Program-made: the position numbers and the translations under genes
In this document: positions 55,395 through 61,147 of the stretch, one piece after another
Layout of the letters: every line of letters begins with the position of its first letter
Numbering within the stretch: position 1 is the stretch's first letter
The notes under the pieces: generated by a model
What the model was told of the DNA's origin: nothing
What the model saw: the letters and a program-made list of their open reading frames with translations, nothing else
Databases searched by the model: none
Virus record (IMG/VR): IMGVR_UViG_3300042472_000140
Span: 1 to 61,147 of that record
Length of the DNA stretch: 61,147 nt
From: a virus
Lineage: Duplodnaviria; Caudoviricetes
Direction: 5' to 3' (one strand)

Positions 55395-55828
55395 TCCTCT
55401 ATCTTTTTTCTAACTTGCTTTACCTTTACTATTAAGTCATAGAACTTCTTCAAGAACGAGTAACCATTTATCTCTTGCCAGTTCTCGTCTATTGACACAA
55501 CCTCGTTAGCGATAAATATTATTGATATAATCTTTGTTGATACGTACGGTATGCTCACCCATGACTTAGTGAACTCGTTAAGTAGATAGAAGTCTAAAAA
55601 GTACGTTAGAAGTATCACAAATGTATAGCCACCAACCTTGGGAACAAAACCGTACCTAAACTTCTTTGATGACGGCTTTATTCCGTTCTTTCTAGCCTTC
55701 TTTATTCCGTATATTGAATCTATTACTGATACTAACGCTACTCCTAATACTAAAAATACTACTGGTGAAAAGAAAAAAAGTATACCCTTAAGAACTGCCG
55801 TTGAGGCTTCTACGATGTGATGTTTCAT
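55391..55828 (-). CDS. Holin
   Basis: About three TM segments; D...G, S-x-KF and E-x-x-SI-x-EN motifs; ATG 55828. Confidence 0.8.
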   Translation of the reverse strand: MKHHIVEASTAVLKGILFFFSPVVFLVLGVALVSVIDSIYGIKKARKNGIKPSSKKFRYGFVPKVGGYTFVILLTYFLDFYLLNEFTKSWVSIPYVSTKIISIIFIANEVVSIDENWQEINGYSFLKKFYDLIVKVKQVRKKIEE

Positions 55829-55896
55829 TCTACAAAGGTACTTAAAAAACAACTTAGTGTCAGTTAGTTATATAGTGCTGATTACGTGATAGTTAG

Positions 55897-56190
55897 TTAA
55901 ACTGGATCAGCAGCTCCCAGGGTAACACATACAGCACCAGCACTTAATCGAACCGATGTGAATGGCTTCTTTATGTCTATAGGCGTTATAATTGAGCCTC
56001 TAGGTACTGCTACTGCTGGATCAGTTATATAGTCAGCTAAAACATCTATTCCATCTTGTTGTAAACCATCTATTATAGTTGCATCAGATACTGATGTTAT
56101 TGCATACATATTTGCAGAAAATGTAGAGACATCATTTATAACTACAGACCCTTGTCTAGCAGTTAGTATTTCATTCCATGAGTTTGGCAT
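55897..56190 (-). CDS. Hypothetical (structural) protein
   Basis: ORF track. Confidence 0.7.
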   Translation of the reverse strand: MPNSWNEILTARQGSVVINDVSTFSANMYAITSVSDATIIDGLQQDGIDVLADYITDPAVAVPRGSIITPIDIKKPFTSVRLSAGAVCVTLGAADPV

Positions 56191-56193
56191 AAT

Positions 56194-56445
56194 TTAACAC
56201 TTTTGTGCGCCACCTCTGGCACGATTAATTTTTCTATCTTCCTTTACTATTTTTCCGTTAGGCATATGACTTGCGTCTCTCTTATCACCCTTCTTTAGAC
56301 CTAACTCCTTGCGAGCTTTGTTAGCCTCACCACGCTTCTTAATAGCCTCTGGCTTTGCAGCTGCCTTCTTTGAGCTAGCTTGATGAATAGCCCTAGCTTT
56401 AGGATTCTCTCTATAAAACTTTGCTGTCTTACTTAGCTGTAACAT
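56194..56445 (-). CDS. Small basic protein with degenerate HNH-like motif
   Basis: GD-x-x-D-x-SH...NRAR. Confidence 0.55.
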   Translation of the reverse strand: MLQLSKTAKFYRENPKARAIHQASSKKAAAKPEAIKKRGEANKARKELGLKKGDKRDASHMPNGKIVKEDRKINRARGGAQKC

Positions 56446-56752
56446 TATACAGAATTTCAGTTGTATAACCTAACTGCTCATAAGCTAAACTAGCGTATTT
56501 ATCCACAGTATTAATATCTTGCAATTCAGTTGGTAAAATTTCTACTGTGAAATTACCTTGTTGAACATCTGTAAAGATAGGTTGATTGCTTTCATACGTT
56601 AATTTACTTGCGTATGTTGCTACTGCAATTTCTAACGTTTTACCATCTGCTCTCGCTGCAAATTCAAAACGTGCATAGACGCTATCTAGTTTCAACTCAG
56701 TACCTAAAATTGTGATACTTTTTTCTTCGTTTGCTTTTATTAAAATTGCCAT
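56429..56752 (-). CDS. Hypothetical protein, possible tail-fibre chaperone
   Basis: Directly downstream of the fibre gene, same AT-rich composition. Confidence 0.6.
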   Translation of the reverse strand: MAILIKANEEKSITILGTELKLDSVYARFEFAARADGKTLEIAVATYASKLTYESNQPIFTDVQQGNFTVEILPTELQDINTVDKYASLAYEQLGYTTEILYNVTAK

Positions 56753-56767
56753 AATTGTTTTTATTTT

Positions 56768-58333
56768 TTATGCTAAAATACCTAAATTTCTTAATGCCTT
56801 AACTACTTGTTTTAAAGTGTAACCGTCAATAGTATCTGTGTCTGTTAAGATAGTACCTAAGTTACTCACTAAAGTAGCTGCTGTTATTGCAGTTGTTTCT
56901 TGATAAACTTTAACTACAGCTCCGTTTTCAGTTCTAAAATGTGGTGCTGCATTTCCTGCTGTTATGTCGGCTGAATATTGTTTAAACCCGTCAATAATTG
57001 ATGCAGTTGGGGCAGTTCCGTTTGGCACATAAACAACTCCTATATCATTTGTATCTTCTGTTGGTGCTTGTAGTAATAAATTTGATTGGGAAGTAATAGA
57101 TGCTCTTTCTGCTAAAGTATTTCCTTTATTTAAAAGAAATTTAAAATAAGATTTACAAGTATTAGATAAACTATTACCGCCATTATTACCAATTGTTAAA
57201 TATGCTAAAGGATTACCTCCATAAATTCCACCCGTGTATCCAGTCGTAAACTTTAAAGTAACATCTGATTGAGAAACATCATTAAAATTATTTCCAAATC
57301 TAGTTATTATTTGATTTTGAGTGCCTCCTAAAGATAAATCCAATAAATGAGTAGGGGCATTTGTTCCTATTCCTAAATATTGACCTGAACCACCATAACA
57401 AAAATATGAAAGATATGTTGAAATTCTTGTCATTTCAGTGCTATATTTATATACTGATAATTTATAATCAGTTGCAGCCGTATTTATTTCTAATCTTTCA
57501 CTACCCGTTTTAAATTTTATTATACCTGAGCCACCAACTTCTAATAAGTTATCAGTATCCGCACTATTCCTAACCCTCAAAGCTATATCAGTTGACAATG
57601 CACCTTGCGCTCTTACGTCTAGTCTAGCTCCTAAAGTTCCTACATTACCAATACCAAAGTTACCAGTTTGAGCTTCAAATTTATATTTTTTAGTAGTTTG
57701 TAAATTTATGTAAACATTTGAACTTACTGATATTACAGATGAGCCAACTCCATCGCCTATATTTCCTTGATTATTTAACCATACTGCATTTGTTGCCGCC
57801 TCTCCATAAGAAGAGCCTAAACCATAACCACCTAAATCAAGCTCATTACCAGTTAAAGTTGAATTACTTCCGTAAATTCTAGCTGCAATAAATACAGAAG
57901 CTACACTTGATTGTGATGCAGTTACATTATCTCTAACTCTTAAAATTGGATTGCCATATTGACCATTTTGTATAGTAACAATATCATTAGCAACAAGTGT
58001 ATTTGTCCTTAAAAATAATGCGGCAGTTGGTATATTGCCATTTGCTCCTATTCCTAAACGTTTATTTGTATTATCCCAAAATAAAGATGAATCAGCTCCA
58101 AATGCACCCGCATTATTAAACTGAATTTGTCCCGTTGTTCCTGCAGGAGTTCCTCCGCTTGCAATTGGAATATTTAAAGTATCTGATATAAATGTAGCAG
58201 CTCCACTTCCCGTTGTTGTTAATGTTATTGGTGCTTGCTTCAAAGCCAACGCATCAAACACAGCGTCTGAGCTTGGAGACTGAGAAATATTCCCGTTTGT
58301 TATCGTCTGGGTTATGTTACTTCTTAAGTCCAT
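56768..58333 (-). CDS. Tail fibre/receptor-binding protein
   Basis: GQIQFNNAGAFG, WDNTNKRLGIG and repeated G-x-GIG...P...LD motifs. Confidence 0.8.
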   Translation of the reverse strand: MDLRSNITQTITNGNISQSPSSDAVFDALALKQAPITLTTTGSGAATFISDTLNIPIASGGTPAGTTGQIQFNNAGAFGADSSLFWDNTNKRLGIGANGNIPTAALFLRTNTLVANDIVTIQNGQYGNPILRVRDNVTASQSSVASVFIAARIYGSNSTLTGNELDLGGYGLGSSYGEAATNAVWLNNQGNIGDGVGSSVISVSSNVYINLQTTKKYKFEAQTGNFGIGNVGTLGARLDVRAQGALSTDIALRVRNSADTDNLLEVGGSGIIKFKTGSERLEINTAATDYKLSVYKYSTEMTRISTYLSYFCYGGSGQYLGIGTNAPTHLLDLSLGGTQNQIITRFGNNFNDVSQSDVTLKFTTGYTGGIYGGNPLAYLTIGNNGGNSLSNTCKSYFKFLLNKGNTLAERASITSQSNLLLQAPTEDTNDIGVVYVPNGTAPTASIIDGFKQYSADITAGNAAPHFRTENGAVVKVYQETTAITAATLVSNLGTILTDTDTIDGYTLKQVVKALRNLGILA

Positions 58334-58334
58334 C

Positions 58335-58676
58335 TTACTTAGTTATTGAGATGCTTATTAAACCATCAGTAGTATTCGCTGTGTAATCTAACTTCATGAA
58401 CCTGAACGGCATGATGCTATCAAAAATTACTGGATCCGTAGCTATATCAACATCCGTAGATGCAGTCTTGTAGTTCTTATACGTTCCGTCAAATGTGTTA
58501 CACACAAGGACCGTTATTGTTGCGTCAACAGTTCCAGTTGTTGTTATGTCTACCGACCAGTCCTTCTGACTAGCTGGAAACTCGATGTACTCCGTAGTGA
58601 AGTTTGCCGTTGCGCTATAACTTGTTACTGGTGCAACTCCTACTGTAGGAATAAATAATTGTTTCTGGTTGATCAT
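58335..58676 (-). CDS. Putative structural beta-sandwich protein
   Basis: ORF track. Confidence 0.7.
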   Translation of the reverse strand: MINQKQLFIPTVGVAPVTSYSATANFTTEYIEFPASQKDWSVDITTTGTVDATITVLVCNTFDGTYKNYKTASTDVDIATDPVIFDSIMPFRFMKLDYTANTTDGLISISITK

Positions 58677-58861
58677 TTTTTCTTATATAATATTTTACTT
58701 ATAGGGTGCTCGTTAAGAGCCTCTTTCCGTCCCTCACAACCGCAGTCCTCAATACCTACCGCCTGGGCAGCCATCTTTACGGCATACGCAATGCCAGTTT
58801 TTTCAAGCATGAACTCAACAGTGTCACCAAGACCTTTGTGCCTCTTGACAACCTGGATCAC
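58673..58861 (-). CDS. Small phage protein with CGC motif
   Basis: GLGDTV...TGI...DCGC-x-x-R-x-x-x-LN. Confidence 0.75.
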   Translation of the reverse strand: MIQVVKRHKGLGDTVEFMLEKTGIAYAVKMAAQAVGIEDCGCEGRKEALNEHPISKILYKKK

Positions 58862-59001
58862 TTCTTCTTACCGCCCTTACAGAACTCCATCCCACGCTTG
58901 CCATACTCCTGCATGCGCTCCTTCTTTCCTTCAGACTTTTCGTGCTTCATCTCAGCCTTCTTAGATGAGTACTTCTCGCCCGTCTTTTTTTCTCTTATCA
59001 T
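58858..59001 (-). CDS. Small basic protein (47 aa)
   Basis: Manual translation MIREKKTGEKYSSKKAEMKHEKSE...; promoter 4 nt upstream. Confidence 0.65.
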   Translation of the reverse strand: MIREKKTGEKYSSKKAEMKHEKSEGKKERMQEYGKRGMEFCKGGKKK

Positions 59002-59026
59002 GATGCAAAGATAGTTAAAATATTAA

Positions 59027-59704
59027 TCAATAAGTTTTACTTAGAACAAAGTTCTGTGACTGTATAGAGTTAGCTGTTTTAGCTGATCCCCAATGAGCTG
59101 TAATAGTGAGCGTGTTAGTTATCGTTGTGTTGAACGTTGTATTAGATACCAGGGCGAAGTTCACCCCATCAAGCTGCGTGTTAGCGTTCTGATTATAAGA
59201 GTACTGACCGTTTACAAATATCTCAGCAACGCCAGCTCCACCTATCTTAGTGATAGTAAAATCTGACACTAACTCAAAGTGTTTATTAGTAGTAATCTTC
59301 ATCTGGAATACACCTAAATCTCCAATAACTATTCCGTTAGACTTAATCCTAATATGTATTGTCTCGTTATTTGCACATGACAAATGTCCGCACATCTTAA
59401 AGATAAAACTATCACCAACTTTGAACGCATTTGCTGGTACAGTGAGAGTTCCAACTCCAGTGCCTATTAGCGAGGTATCTACAATAGTATTTGTGATGTT
59501 AGTGCCTAACGCAGTCTGGGCATACAGCCCATATGATGCAGTAGGTAATATATCTGAGAATGGAACCCACGTCTGGTCTCCCCTTAAGTACGTCGTGTTG
59601 TCAGCCGTACCAGTCCCAAGGTTGAACGTTGGGATGAGATCTACCAGCGAGAACGGTATTATCTTGCCTAGTACTTTCTTTAATGGACGTGGAAAAATGC
59701 TCAT
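59027..59704 (-). CDS. Putative tail-associated structural protein
   Basis: GTADNTTYLRGDQTW fibre-type motif. Confidence 0.7.
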   Translation of the reverse strand: MSIFPRPLKKVLGKIIPFSLVDLIPTFNLGTGTADNTTYLRGDQTWVPFSDILPTASYGLYAQTALGTNITNTIVDTSLIGTGVGTLTVPANAFKVGDSFIFKMCGHLSCANNETIHIRIKSNGIVIGDLGVFQMKITTNKHFELVSDFTITKIGGAGVAEIFVNGQYSYNQNANTQLDGVNFALVSNTTFNTTITNTLTITAHWGSAKTANSIQSQNFVLSKTY

Positions 59705-59743
59705 ATTACTTGCAAAGATAGTTAAAAAACACTACATTTGGGC
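59705..59743. promoter_or_regulatory. Overlapping divergent promoters
   Basis: TATCTTTG on - (59713-59720) and TACATTTG on + (59733-59740). Confidence 0.6.
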
Positions 59744-60265
59744 ATGATTAAAATTAATGGAAAGTCAATATACACGCTAGAGCGACGAAAAAAAAAGAAG
59801 CCAGCACCAAAGTACCAAAGAGTGACACCCGACAACGACTACCTAAAGTACTACAGAGTCGTACGATACTGGGCGATGCGTCAGTACAACATAACGGGAC
59901 CTGAGCTTGACGTGCTGCTGTTCCTATACTCAGAGCGTCTGTTCAACTACTCAACCTTCGTCGAGTTCTGTAACATAATGCACTGGAACAAGTCTCGCTT
60001 CAAGACGCTTACTGACAAGGAACTGATACACGTGTGGCGTAGGTCAGGGTGGAAGGAGATAAGACTATACGAGCTAACCTACAAGGCGAAGCGAATGGTC
60101 AACTCCATCTACAAGAAACTAAACGGAGAGGAACTCATACCACTATCCCACCACAACCCAGTGATGAGCAGCAGTGGGAGCTACACCGACAAGGTGTACG
60201 CAATGGCTATAAAGAGGATGAACAAGGAGACTAAAGAACGACGGCAACATCCTGCTCCCGAATGA
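59744..60265 (+). CDS. Putative winged-helix transcription regulator
   Basis: Lone + strand gene in the late arm; ELDVLLFLY...LI...YELT-x-KAK MarR-like pattern. Confidence 0.6.
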   Translation: MIKINGKSIYTLERRKKKKPAPKYQRVTPDNDYLKYYRVVRYWAMRQYNITGPELDVLLFLYSERLFNYSTFVEFCNIMHWNKSRFKTLTDKELIHVWRRSGWKEIRLYELTYKAKRMVNSIYKKLNGEELIPLSHHNPVMSSSGSYTDKVYAMAIKRMNKETKERRQHPAPE

Positions 60266-60491
60266 TTCGGTAGGTCTTGTCGTCGATTGTTATGTGGTGA
60301 CCCTGAGCCTTGTCGAACATTATGTTGACACCAACGACAACATACTTGACCTCTGGACCGACGTGTATAACCAAGCCCTCGTGGTAGCGCATCTTGGATG
60401 CGTTGTCAGCTGTTGTTATCAAACCAGTCATGGACTCCTTGTGGTCCACGACTGATTCTTCAATTATAATGTAGTTACTTAGAACCCTCAT
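60231..60491 (-). CDS. groES: Co-chaperonin GroES
   Basis: 86 aa; GLVIHVG, VG-x-x-I-x-F, I-x-IDD-x-x-Y-x-IIREQDV; overlaps the groEL stop. Confidence 0.85.
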   Translation of the reverse strand: MRVLSNYIIIEESVVDHKESMTGLITTADNASKMRYHEGLVIHVGPEVKYVVVGVNIMFDKAQGHHITIDDKTYRIIREQDVAVVL

Positions 60492-61147
60492 CGTCTCGAA
60501 TGTTTGTTATTATTGCGTTAGTACTTAGTATCGTTGTTGCTACAGACACTGCGTTCTTTAGCGCAGACCGAGTAACCTTCGTAGGGTCAATAACTCCCAT
60601 CTTCATCATGTCTCCGAACTTGTCGTTCTTCACGTCGTACCCGTAGTACCTAGACTTGTTGTTACATATCTCCACACCGATCTCGATGTGGTTCTTGCCA
60701 GCGTTCTTAAGGATCCGTCTGAACGGCTCCTCGATGGCGTACAGCATTATGTCTGCCGCCTTGTCATAAGACTCGGACTTGCCTAGCTCTATTACAGAGC
60801 CAGCCCTCAGTAAAGCCATGCCTCCTCCAGGAAGTACGCCCTCCTCGATGGCAGCCTTTACAGCCAACACAGCGTCGTCCGTTCTATCTTTTAATTCCTT
60901 CTGCTCGATGTCAGAGTTAGCACCGACGTAGATTACGCCCACGCCTCCAGAGATGTTGGCTAGACGCTCTTTAGTGAACTCGATGTCCTCTTGGTCAATC
61001 TTGAGGTCTAAACTATCTGTGAGGGCTTTAAAATGCGTGTCAAGGTTCTCGTTAACTTCTTCTGACGGTATGATGATCGTCTTTGACTGTCCTACGATCA
61101 CCTTTGACGCACGTCCCAACCCAGCAAAGTCCACGTTGGCAACGTTG
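60475..61147 (-). CDS. groEL: Chaperonin GroEL, C-terminal part (joined to 1-1038)
   Basis: ERLANISGG, EEGVLPGGG and GVIDPTKVTRSAL motifs. Confidence 0.95.
   Translation of the reverse strand, partial: NVANVDFAGLGRASKVIVGQSKTIIIPSEEVNENLDTHFKALTDSLDLKIDQEDIEFTKERLANISGGVGVIYVGANSDIEQKELKDRTDDAVLAVKAAIEEGVLPGGGMALLRAGSVIELGKSESYDKAADIMLYAIEEPFRRILKNAGKNHIEIGVEICNNKSRYYGYDVKNDKFGDMMKMGVIDPTKVTRSALKNAVSVATTILSTNAIITNIRDDEGSK
61021..61147. repeat. Terminal direct repeat, copy 2
   Basis: Identical to 1-127. Confidence 0.97.

Noticed and set aside
56768-58333. Diversity-generating retroelement acting on the tail fibre
   Set aside because: No reverse transcriptase ORF and no template/variable repeat pair noticed.
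23654-59704. Stop-codon reassignment as in some crAss-like phages
   Set aside because: Long genes are intact in the standard code, all three stops end genes, and no suppressor tRNA is evident.
61021-61147. 127-bp terminal repeat as a biological DTR
   Set aside because: It falls mid-groEL and 127 is a common assembler k-mer; best read as a circularisation overlap.

Overview
The window is a complete, circularly assembled dsDNA phage genome of 61,020 bp. Bases 1-127 are repeated exactly at 61021-61147, and the groEL gene runs in frame across the join. The host is very likely Bacteroidota/Flavobacteriia (inference): TAnnTTTG -7 promoters, a BT4734-type primase, a DUF3127 SSB and no Shine-Dalgarno sequences. 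The + strand (about 5.4-23.6 kb) carries early and replication genes; no DNA polymerase or integrase is recognisable. The - strand carries a podovirus-like virion module (terminase, portal, scaffold, capsid, ring and stabilisation proteins, a 2900-aa polyvalent protein), lysis genes and GroEL/GroES. The main novelty is non-coding. (1) An integron-like array of three single-gene cassettes bounded by attC-like hairpins (10.5-11.8 kb), whose ends are complementary within each cassette, with no integrase in the genome; one cassette encodes an RNA-ligase-like protein. (2) A roughly 580-nt structured RNA candidate ending in a hammerhead ribozyme, and a second hammerhead 1.35 kb downstream. (3) Two tRNA-shaped RNAs with replaced anticodon domains. 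(4) A dif-like Xer site. (5) Two inverted iteron/hairpin origin-like elements. (6) A TnpB 3'-end plus IS right-end remnant. All protein calls come from motif recognition by eye; no searches or folding programs were run.
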